DNA of 32,000 nt from Candidatus Saccharimonadota bacterium (GCA_023898645.1 CP060232.1:540001-572000); one strand, 5' to 3'. Numbered from the stretch's first letter, positions 24,512 to 31,309 are shown. Translations and numbers: made by a program. The notes: generated by a model not told the origin, from the sequence alone.

Positions 24512-25519
24512 ATGACTCATGAAAAAATCAACACAACAGAGCGTTTAGCAACGGCGGGCACCCTCTTGGGTGCTTTTTCAGTCGCGCTACTCGTAGCAGA
24601 GGCAAAGGCAACAGCCGACGATCGTGTCAAAGGGTCGGACAAAGCATCAGTCATCAGTAACATACGTAACGGCGAGTACGCTACGTTTACTGTGCCCGGC
24701 TATCATGCCGACGGCGCCATACTGGGTAAAAACCTCGACCGACATTTTGAACAAATGGGCACGACTCATTATGCCGTTCACCCCGAAAGAGGCTTTTCGC
24801 TTGATTCAATCCGTGAAGAATGGTTAAAAGCACGCGCACTCGACGGTCATCGGCCAGCTCGCATATACGCCTTGTCTATGGGTGGATTATTAGTTTCGAA
24901 ATTATTTTCAGATCCAGAATTTCACAAAGAGTTCGGTGAGATTGACAGACTAGTACTAGACAGTGCACTTTCGGGTAAAAAAGATCTTAGTAACGGTACA
25001 AAGCTAGCAATGGGACTCGGAGCCGTATTGCCAGTGACATATTCTACCGCTAGGTTTTACCGGATGATATCGAACATAGAAAACAAGGGTCAGTTAGCTC
25101 ACGCTCCCGAAGTAACAGACGCTGAGGTAAAGGAACGATATGCCGCTGGTGCTCGAATGCACTTTAGTGCAGGTAAAGACGAAATCCTTTTTATGCATAA
25201 TGAAGACGTAGAGCGACTTGACCTTCGTGAAGCCGGCAATGAAATAAGAGGCGGTATTATTTATCTACAATCCGCCAAAGACCATTTAGTAAATACACTT
25301 CGGTCGTCTCAGTCATATAGCAACTCATACGAACAAGACATACAATGTCGCATAGACACCGCTAGGCCGCTGGGATCGCATGCTTCCGGACCTGAATTTC
25401 CAAAGGGAGCCGTTGACGCACTTCTTGATCGAGACCCCAACAACTATCGTATCCGCACCATCCGCCACACACTACCAAGATTCAGCCAAAACGCAGTAAA
25501 CCTCAAGCCTGCCGCCTAG
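24512..25519 (+). CDS. Putative secreted alpha/beta-fold hydrolase (esterase/lipase-like)
   Basis: The start is taken at MTHEK (24512), downstream of AAGGAG (24494-24499). The N-terminus is signal-peptide-like (TAGTLLGAFSVALLVAEAKA). RIYALSMGGLL is nucleophile-elbow-like (AxSxG). I could not verify the other catalytic residues by eye. Confidence 0.55.
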   Translation: MTHEKINTTERLATAGTLLGAFSVALLVAEAKATADDRVKGSDKASVISNIRNGEYATFTVPGYHADGAILGKNLDRHFEQMGTTHYAVHPERGFSLDSIREEWLKARALDGHRPARIYALSMGGLLVSKLFSDPEFHKEFGEIDRLVLDSALSGKKDLSNGTKLAMGLGAVLPVTYSTARFYRMISNIENKGQLAHAPEVTDAEVKERYAAGARMHFSAGKDEILFMHNEDVERLDLREAGNEIRGGIIYLQSAKDHLVNTLRSSQSYSNSYEQDIQCRIDTARPLGSHASGPEFPKGAVDALLDRDPNNYRIRTIRHTLPRFSQNAVNLKPAA

Positions 25520-25558
25520 TACCGCCAGAGAGAGGCCGAAACACTTCAACTCTGCTCT

Positions 25559-25586
25559 TTACTTACCTCTAATATCCATGTATAAT
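25559..25586 (+). promoter_or_regulatory. tuf promoter: TTACTT, 16 nt spacer, extended -10 TGtTATAAT
   Basis: TATAAT is at 25581-25586, preceded by TGt, and TTACTT is at 25559-25564. Confidence 0.5.
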
Positions 25587-25660
25587 CAGCATCATACGTC
25601 GCATAGTCAGTGCTCTGATTGTGCGCGAAAATTATAAATAACCAAGGAGATACATCTCAG

Positions 25661-26845
25661 ATGGCAGATTTCGATCGAACTAAGCCGCACGTCAACGTTG
25701 GTACCATGGGTCACGTTGACCACGGTAAAACAACCCTAACAGCAGCTATCACTGCCGTTCTTGCAAAGAAGCTTCCTAGCGAAGTAAACAAACCAATCGC
25801 ATACGACCAAATTGACAACGCTCCAGAAGAGCGAGCACGTGGTATTACCATCGCTTCTTCTCACCAGGAATACGAGTCAGAAGCACGTCACTACGCACAC
25901 GTAGACATGCCTGGTCACGCCGACTACGTCAAAAACATGATTACTGGTGCTGCTCAAATCGACGGCGCAATCCTTGTGGTTGCTGCTAACGACGGTCCAC
26001 TTCCACAGACTCGTGAGCACGTACTTCTTGCACACCAGGTCAACGTTCCTCGTATCGTTGTTTTCCTAAACAAGATGGACCTCGCTGACCCAGAACTAGT
26101 TGAGCTCGTAGAGATGGACGTTCGCGAACTCCTAACCAAGAATGGTTACGATGGCGACAACGCTCCTATCATCAAGGGTTCTGCTACTAAGGCTCTCGAA
26201 GGCGACGCTGCTTCTGAAGATGCAATCATGGAACTAGTTAAAGCTCTCGACGATTACATCGAAGAGCCTGTCCGCGAGCTAGACAAGCCATTCCTAATGC
26301 CAATCGAAGACGTATTCTCAATCAAGGGTCGTGGTACTGTTGCTACCGGCCGTATTGAGCAGGGTATCGTTAAGCTAAACGACGAGATCGAAATCGTTGG
26401 TATCAAACCAACTCAGAAGTCTGTCGTTACTGGCATCGAAGCATTCAAAAAGAACCTTGACCAAGGTCAAGCTGGTGACAACGCCGGCCTATTGCTCCGC
26501 GGTATTGAGCGCGAACAAATTGAACGCGGTCAGGTCGTTGCTAAGCCTGGTACGATTACACCTCACACTGAGTTCTCAGCTGAAGTGTACATCCTTAAAA
26601 AGGAAGAAGGCGGTCGCCACACTCCATTTAGCAAGGGTTACAAGCCACAGTTCTACTTCCGTACAACTGACGTTACCGGTGAAGTTGAGCTACCAGCTGA
26701 CAAAGAAATGGTCATGCCTGGTGACACTGTTACCTTCAACGTTAAGCTTCTTGCACCTATCGCCATGGAAGACGGTCTACGCTTCGCTATCCGCGAAGGT
26801 GGTCGCACCGTTGGTGCTGGTGTCGTAACTAAGATTACTAAATAA
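25661..26845 (+). CDS. tuf: Translation elongation factor Tu
   Basis: [21 protein letters not shown] and GSATKA are all canonical. The start is taken at [10 protein letters not shown], 9-10 nt after AAGGAG. The ORF-track start at 25619 lies upstream of that RBS. Confidence 0.97.
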   Translation: MADFDRTKPHVNVGTMGHVDHGKTTLTAAITAVLAKKLPSEVNKPIAYDQIDNAPEERARGITIASSHQEYESEARHYAHVDMPGHADYVKNMITGAAQIDGAILVVAANDGPLPQTREHVLLAHQVNVPRIVVFLNKMDLADPELVELVEMDVRELLTKNGYDGDNAPIIKGSATKALEGDAASEDAIMELVKALDDYIEEPVRELDKPFLMPIEDVFSIKGRGTVATGRIEQGIVKLNDEIEIVGIKPTQKSVVTGIEAFKKNLDQGQAGDNAGLLLRGIEREQIERGQVVAKPGTITPHTEFSAEVYILKKEEGGRHTPFSKGYKPQFYFRTTDVTGEVELPADKEMVMPGDTVTFNVKLLAPIAMEDGLRFAIREGGRTVGAGVVTKITK

Positions 26846-26860
26846 TCTAGCTACACTATA

Positions 26861-26890
26861 AAAAGAGCTGCCCAAGGTAGCTCTTTTTAT
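26861..26890. terminator. Rho-independent terminator after tuf; symmetric, so possibly bidirectional
   Basis: AAAAGAGCT (26861-26869) pairs with AGCTCTTTT (26879-26887), with a 9 nt loop. Confidence 0.8.
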
Positions 26891-26967
26891 ATGTTTAGGC
26901 AAGAACAGAGCCTCGCTACCATAGGACGACGCTCTGTATCATAGGTGTGCGAGGCTACGTAGTTGTC

Positions 26968-27267
26968 CTATCGTCGTAAAGGGATTCGTCTGCGATTCGC
27001 CTTGATTGAAATATGCGTCACAGTTGATCCGCGGCGTCGTCGCTTTGGTAAAAATGTCATGTCGATGACAAAAAGGTCGCCATGAGACGCATCAATCTGC
27101 CTCTTCATAGCCCTTTCTTCGGATGAAGTCAGCTGAATCGGTGCTTCAAACTGAATATTGAAGTGAGAGCGGTTCTTCATCCTAAGACAACTTTCGAGGT
27201 ACTTACGGAGTTCCTGACGGATTGTTTCAAGTTTGCTTGAACGCACCTCCAGATCACTAGACGACAT
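26968..27267 (-). CDS. Hypothetical small protein (99 aa) with an Arg-rich C-terminus
   Basis: This ORF lies between two terminators and has a weak SD (AAAGGA). The C-terminus reads KRRRRGSTVTHISIKANRRRIPLRR. It has no recognisable family. Confidence 0.45.
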   Translation of the reverse strand: MSSSDLEVRSSKLETIRQELRKYLESCLRMKNRSHFNIQFEAPIQLTSSEERAMKRQIDASHGDLFVIDMTFLPKRRRRGSTVTHISIKANRRRIPLRR

Positions 27268-27342
27268 GCTGAGTCCTTTCGAACGGTAGGGTGTAAGGTA
27301 CTTCTATACTAATTATACAATGATTTCAAAGATGTGTCTGGC

Positions 27343-27377
27343 AAAAGAAAAACCCGCGAGTCAAGGACTGCGGGTTT
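27343..27377 (-). terminator. Rho-independent terminator of the gene at 27394..27642
   Basis: On the minus strand, AACCCGC pairs with GCGGGTT (plus-strand coordinates 27351-27357 and 27370-27376) and is followed by TTTTTCTTTT. Confidence 0.8.
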
Positions 27378-27393
27378 GTGGGTGGCTTACTGC

Positions 27394-27642
27394 TTAACGC
27401 CGGGCAATGAGTAATTGTTTACTTATGTCCCAGTTAACTTCAGCACCCAAGTGTCGCTCCAAATAACACAGTAGTGCAGTGTCGGGCTTGCCATAATACG
27501 GCACTGCTACAACGGTTACTTGTTCGGCTTTAATACTGAAGGTCTCTAGCTGATCAGCCACCACTCTAAATGTACGAGCAACTTCTTTATAGTGTCTTTT
27601 TCTCTCGATGGATTCAAAAAAACCTCTGAATAACCGATTCAC
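27394..27642 (-). CDS. Hypothetical small protein (82 aa)
   Basis: The GTG start lies 4 nt after AAGGAAG. The gene has its own extended -10 promoter and its own terminator. It has no recognisable family. Confidence 0.5.
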   Translation of the reverse strand: MNRLFRGFFESIERKRHYKEVARTFRVVADQLETFSIKAEQVTVVAVPYYGKPDTALLCYLERHLGAEVNWDISKQLLIARR

Positions 27643-27676
27643 GGTACTTCCTTAGCCTCGAAGTTTGCCTATGATT

Positions 27677-27685
27677 ATTATAACA
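27677..27685 (-). promoter_or_regulatory. Extended -10 (TGtTATAAT, minus strand) for the gene at 27394..27642
   Basis: The minus strand reads TTATGTTATAATAATC. TATAAT is the complement of 27677-27682. Confidence 0.45.
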
Positions 27686-27723
27686 TAAAATATATATAAT
27701 GAAAGCACGCCAAATCCCAGCAC

Positions 27724-27757
27724 AAATAAAACCCCGCCGCACCGATGGCGACGGGGT
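27724..27757 (-). terminator. Rho-independent terminator of the gene at 27771..28061
   Basis: On the minus strand, ACCCCGTCGC pairs with GCGGCGGGGT (one G-U pair) and is followed by TTTTATTT. Confidence 0.75.
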
Positions 27758-27770
27758 GTCGAGATCGATA

Positions 27771-28061
27771 CTAGGCGGGGGACTTGTAGACCGGAAAAGA
27801 AGTGGTCTTGGGCTGGAAAAAGAAGTGCCCATACTCAGGTAAATACAGTACGTAATGCCCGGCTGAAGCGGTGGTTGCGATGCTCGCAGCCAACGTGTAG
27901 TCGGCGTCGCTTGCCGTGCTATGCTCAACGATTTCTTTGGGTATACCCGTCCGCGAAACAAAGGGGTTACTACTGAACGGCGACACTGCCTGTTGAACCA
28001 GCCAGTTAGCTAGTTCTAGCTGAGCGACGGTGAATTTTGATTCCCGTACCGGACTCATCAC
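27771..28061 (-). CDS. Hypothetical small protein (96 aa)
   Basis: AGGAAGGAAG lies immediately upstream of the tandem ATGATG. The gene has its own promoter and terminator. It has no recognisable family. Confidence 0.5.
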   Translation of the reverse strand: MMSPVRESKFTVAQLELANWLVQQAVSPFSSNPFVSRTGIPKEIVEHSTASDADYTLAASIATTASAGHYVLYLPEYGHFFFQPKTTSFPVYKSPA

Positions 28062-28104
28062 ACTTCCTTCCTGAAAAGTTCAAACGAATATCGTCAGTAA
28101 TGAT

Positions 28105-28132
28105 ATTATAGCATAATCTCTATAAAATACAA
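28105..28132 (-). promoter_or_regulatory. Promoter (minus strand) TTGTAT, 16 nt spacer, extended -10 TGcTATAAT, for the gene at 27771..28061
   Basis: TATAAT is the complement of 28105-28110, TGC the complement of 28111-28113, and TTGTAT the complement of 28127-28132. Confidence 0.5.
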
Positions 28133-28164
28133 TATATCGTTACGGAGCTACTCCCTTTTGGGCA

Positions 28165-28193
28165 TTGCAGTTATCGAATGATGAGGTTATAAT
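28165..28193 (+). promoter_or_regulatory. Candidate rpsJ promoter: TTGCAG, 17 nt spacer, TATAAT
   Basis: TTGCAG is at 28165-28170 and TATAAT at 28188-28193. If used, it gives a ~250 nt 5' leader before rpsJ (28454). Confidence 0.45.
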
Positions 28194-28453
28194 AACCAAC
28201 GTATTATTAATCATACCGAGAACTTGTCTGTGAGCGAATGAGAGCACATTAACATCTATCAAATCACCTAAAAACTTTAGGTCCGGCACTTTACATCTGT
28301 TTTTCGCTTCGCGACGTACCATCTAGGTACACCTTGTCACGATAAGACCGACGGAAAAGCACTGGCTGCTAAAGTTTCGGCCTGATCGATAGATGCTAAT
28401 GGGCTCTCTGCAACACCAGCTCAAGGTTACGGTATAGCACGAAGGAGTATCTC

Positions 28454-28777
28454 ATGGCAGATGCAAAACCAGAAGGATTGCGAATCCGCATCCGACTTAA
28501 GGCCTATGATCACAAGGTCATCGACCAATCAGCAAAACAAATCATCGACACGGCTATACGTACCGGTGCAACTATTGCCGGTCCTGTGCCACTTCCTACG
28601 CGTCGTAGTACGTACACTGTGGTCAAATCACCACACGTCTACAAAACAGGTGGTGAAAGCTTCGAGATGCGCGTACACAAGCGCCTGATCGACATCACCA
28701 ACGCGACGCCAAAGACTATCGACAGTCTGCAAAACCTCAGCTTGCCAGCTGGTGTTGATGCAGAAATCCGAATGTAA
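28454..28777 (+). CDS. rpsJ: 30S ribosomal protein S10
   Basis: [26 protein letters not shown]...GPVPLPTRR...[23 protein letters not shown] is present. AAGGAG lies 7 nt upstream. Confidence 0.95.
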   Translation: MADAKPEGLRIRIRLKAYDHKVIDQSAKQIIDTAIRTGATIAGPVPLPTRRSTYTVVKSPHVYKTGGESFEMRVHKRLIDITNATPKTIDSLQNLSLPAGVDAEIRM

Positions 28778-28795
28778 TTTATTGGTTACGAGAAA

Positions 28796-28820
28796 GGGAG
28801 CCCGGAAGGGCTCTTTTTTG
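28796..28820 (+). terminator. Rho-independent terminator immediately after rpsJ
   Basis: GAGCCC (28798-28803) pairs with GGGCTC (28808-28813) across a GGAA loop, followed by TTTTTT (28814-28819). Confidence 0.8.
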
Positions 28821-28873
28821 TTCTTGTGATTTAAGCACCGAAATATACTTTGGAGACCCAAAGTATCAAAGGT

Positions 28874-29317
28874 CCTTCTTTTTGTGTCGTCAAAAAGAAG
28901 CAAAAAGCTTTGTGACGGCTTCGCCACGCCGTGACCGACGAAACGACAAAAACGGTCGCTGCGGAATACCCTAAAGGGCAGTCGCGAATATTGATTTTAG
29001 TTACGGATTCGCGACACGTCCTCGCGAATGACTCCGTTCTTGTCATTCCGCCAGCCTCGGGTGCCTGCAGATGTCACGGTTTGGCTGTAGTTTTTACGCA
29101 GCAAAGCTGCGAATTATTAATCAAAATCCTTAATGTGACATCTGCAACGTCCGGAAAAAGTGACGTGTGCCGTCCTGGTTCAGCGAGGATGTTTGAGCCC
29201 GACAGTAGCGCCTGTCGGCGCGAGTTCCGCAGCTGACCAAGACGGGAGACGGAGCTTTTTGTCGCGACGTGAAGCCGTCACGAGCTTTTTGACTCTTTTT
29301 GTCGATACAAAAAGAGG
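28874..29317. repeat. Non-coding element bounded by inverted repeats: candidate large structured RNA or MITE-like element
   Basis: The terminal arms 28874-28922 and 29271-29317 are reverse complements at about 42 of 49 hand-aligned positions. Pairing continues inward: 28944-28952 with 29256-29264, and 28954-28964 with 29227-29238. The interior holds five hairpins: 28981-29015, 29026-29048, 29066-29146 (enclosing 29097-29111), 29147-29166 and 29199-29218. Confidence 0.6.
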
Positions 29318-29364
29318 TGACTTGGTTCTTGGTCATACAAGAACACTTAATTATATAAAACTTA

Positions 29365-29373
29365 TGCTATCAT
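29365..29373 (+). promoter_or_regulatory. Extended -10 (TGcTATCAT) 7 nt upstream of the ATG at 29381
   Basis: TG is at 29365-29366 and TATCAT at 29368-29373. Seven nt (ATAAAAA) follow before the ATG, and there is no SD. Confidence 0.4.
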
Positions 29374-29380
29374 ATAAAAA

Positions 29381-29710
29381 ATGACTCAAACAAACATACG
29401 AAAACAACGCCACCGTACCTATGCCCGCAACCGCCCACGCAGACGAGCCATGCCTCAGCTCCAAGAGGGCGACGGTGTCTATTTCCTAAAACTTGTTGTC
29501 GTGGTCATCCTCGGTACGTTGTGGCTTAAGTTCACGACCCCTCTCAGCTGGAACGGCTTGCCGCTAGCGGCATTTCCGCTAGGCGCACTGATAGCAGTCA
29601 CGATTATAAAGTTGTTTGAGCGCGATCAATACAATCGTAAAATTTGGTTTGCAGTGTTACTCGTCGTCATGATTATCAGCTACTTCGTACCCGCGGGTAT
29701 AGTACTCTAG
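29381..29710 (+). CDS. Small membrane protein (109 aa) with an Arg-rich N-terminus
   Basis: The N-terminus RKQRHRTYARNRPRRRA is followed by three hydrophobic spans. It has no recognisable family. Confidence 0.55.
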   Translation: MTQTNIRKQRHRTYARNRPRRRAMPQLQEGDGVYFLKLVVVVILGTLWLKFTTPLSWNGLPLAAFPLGALIAVTIIKLFERDQYNRKIWFAVLLVVMIISYFVPAGIVL

Positions 29711-30606
29711 TAGCCTCCGCCACTAATGCCCCAATATTGTTCAAGTGTATGTATTCCTTTTGCCTTCATATCCGTAGCTACTGTTGATCCAACATAACGC
29801 CAATGCCACGCCTCTGCATTGTAGCCGGTGAAACTTTCGTAACCCGATTGATACCGTTGAACGAATCCATAATCAGCTGCATGCGCTTTCATCCATACGT
29901 ATTGAGAGCTCTTTGCAAAACATTCGAGATTACAGGTATTATCAGCATCTAGGTCGACCGCGAAACCAGATTGATGCTCACTATAGCCTGGTCGAGCGCT
30001 GACCGTATCTGCAGCCGCCGTACTACCGTTGACTGCCACCCATTTGTTATAGGTAATCAATTGGTTACTATACGAACGATACGCACTGGTAAGTCCGATA
30101 ACTTCTCCCGATGATGCTGCTGCATCAAGCATCGAAACTAAATGCGAATATATTTTATTACTCACAGGGTAGCCCTGATAGTACACGATGTCGCTTGGTG
30201 CGAAATCAATGGGGCTAAAACAGTGCTTTTTGTTTATCAAGACATCAATCTGGTCCGGGTTGCCGTGCGCACCGCTAATTGCACAATTGGGCGTAGCAGC
30301 CTGATCATGTTGCGTCTTGAGAGCAGTCTCAGCAGTCGCTTTTGTCTCGGCAGCTTTCCTTGCGGCAGCATCATCCGCCGCTTTTTTATCTGCAGCTGCC
30401 TTTTCAGCTATTTTTTTAGATTTTATATCTGCAATCGTTTTATCGAGCTTTGCGAGTTCGGTTTGAGATTTTATTTGCTGCTTGGTGATAAGTTCATTGC
30501 CGTAATAGGTAACACCGCTAAATGACCCGGCAAAAAGCAATACAGAAATTAAAATCGAGATATAGAAGATTCGTCTGCTTTTTAGTTTTATTTTGAGCAC
30601 TAGCAC
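29707..30606 (-). CDS. M15-family (VanY-like) D-alanyl-D-alanine carboxypeptidase, membrane-anchored
   Basis: An N-terminal TM span (IFYISILISVLLFAGSF) is followed by an Ala/Lys-rich coiled segment. The zinc-peptidase motifs PGYSEHQSGFAVDL and EAWHWRYVG are present. Confidence 0.85.
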   Translation of the reverse strand: MLVLKIKLKSRRIFYISILISVLLFAGSFSGVTYYGNELITKQQIKSQTELAKLDKTIADIKSKKIAEKAAADKKAADDAAARKAAETKATAETALKTQHDQAATPNCAISGAHGNPDQIDVLINKKHCFSPIDFAPSDIVYYQGYPVSNKIYSHLVSMLDAAASSGEVIGLTSAYRSYSNQLITYNKWVAVNGSTAAADTVSARPGYSEHQSGFAVDLDADNTCNLECFAKSSQYVWMKAHAADYGFVQRYQSGYESFTGYNAEAWHWRYVGSTVATDMKAKGIHTLEQYWGISGGGY

Positions 30607-30687
30607 TATTGTAACAAATGAAAAAGCCCGCAGGTGGGCCTACCGAGGTCTCAATCAGAGAAACCCCAGCAGGCCCTACCATGCGAG

Positions 30688-31224
30688 CTATGATATCGTG
30701 GATCCCACACACTCTTTTGCCGACTCTTCCAATAGGGCGAACATGTCGTCGCGAAGAGCGACATACGCGGGAAATCCATAGAAATTATTGCCTATAAACC
30801 AAGAACGGGCAAAACTAATGCCTTTTCTGGCTTGCACGTACGTGAGCCACCTGTCAGCAGCCAACATGCGCAATTTTTCGTCGGTTGTCGGTTCGCACTT
30901 TAGGTTAAGCCACTGGTCAACGATACAAATGTCGTCAATATTCCCAGACAAAAGCCATATCTGGTGATAACCGATGATGTCACCAAGCCGTCGGATTCGC
31001 TGATACCAAGCGGTCTCCGTGGGGTGAACCAGCTGCTTGCGGCAGAAGCCTATGCTGTCGCAAATTTCTTGCGAATCGCAGGCTATGTCCTCCGGGCAGA
31101 TGAAATCATCCGGCTCTTGATCGTGGCGCTCGGCGCTGGTCGCAAAAGTATGCACGCAGCCCTTGTCTATACACCAGACCGGCGTAGGACAGTTCTCGTT
31201 ACAAGCGCTGAATGGGTGAGTCAT
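30688..31224 (-). CDS. Cys-rich cytoplasmic hypothetical protein (178 aa)
   Basis: The start is taken at MTHPF (ATG at 31224), 7 nt after AGGAG. The ORF-track TTG at 31245 contains that RBS. Eight Cys lie in the first ~60 aa (C-x3-C-x5-C-x4-C ... C-x5-C-x5-C-x5-C). There is no signal peptide. Confidence 0.6.
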   Translation of the reverse strand: MTHPFSACNENCPTPVWCIDKGCVHTFATSAERHDQEPDDFICPEDIACDSQEICDSIGFCRKQLVHPTETAWYQRIRRLGDIIGYHQIWLLSGNIDDICIVDQWLNLKCEPTTDEKLRMLAADRWLTYVQARKGISFARSWFIGNNFYGFPAYVALRDDMFALLEESAKECVGSTIS

Positions 31225-31300
31225 CAGACTGCTCCTAATATGCAATGGAGTGATCCATAATGTGCTTGTTTTGGCCGAATTTGGTCAAGACACGAAAAGT

Positions 31301-31309
31301 ATTTTAGCA
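31301..31309 (-). promoter_or_regulatory. Extended -10 (TGcTAAAAT, minus strand) for the gene at 30688..31224
   Basis: The minus strand reads TTATGCTAAAATAC. TAAAAT is the complement of 31301-31306. Confidence 0.4.

Noticed and set aside
28140-28322. A 60 aa minus-strand ORF upstream of rpsJ.
   Set aside because: It overlaps two good promoters (28105-28132 on the minus strand and 28165-28193 on the plus strand). It has only a weak AAGGTG upstream and no recognisable features. It is more likely part of the rpsJ leader or promoter region, but it is not excluded as a real small gene.
28874-29317. Identification of the structured element as RNase P RNA, tmRNA, SRP/4.5S RNA, 6S RNA or a group II intron fragment.
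   Set aside because: On either strand I found none of the defining motifs:
- GAGGAAAGUCCGGGC or ACAGAACCCGGCUUA (RNase P).
- GGUUCGA-type T-arm or CCA end (tmRNA).
- GGUCC-GGAA-GGAAGCAGC (SRP).
- A domain-V-like hairpin with a GNRA loop, or an intron-encoded protein (group II intron).

The superficial resemblances (gtccggaaaaag, gcagctgaccaagac) do not fit the required pairings.
28628-29384. Five overlapping ORFs of 68-101 aa on both strands within the rpsJ-rplC spacer.
   Set aside because: The region is saturated with inverted repeats and hairpins, which is atypical for coding sequence. None of the ORFs has a convincing RBS, the starts are GTG/TTG or unsupported ATG, and the ORFs overlap one another.
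30688-31000. Resemblance of the C-terminus of the Cys-rich protein (ARSWFIGNNFYGFPAYVAL) to the Xre/MbcA/ParS antitoxin toxin-binding domain (DUF2384).
   Set aside because: The similarity is limited to a W...N...G.P pattern, and no adjacent toxin-like gene is present. It is too weak to call.
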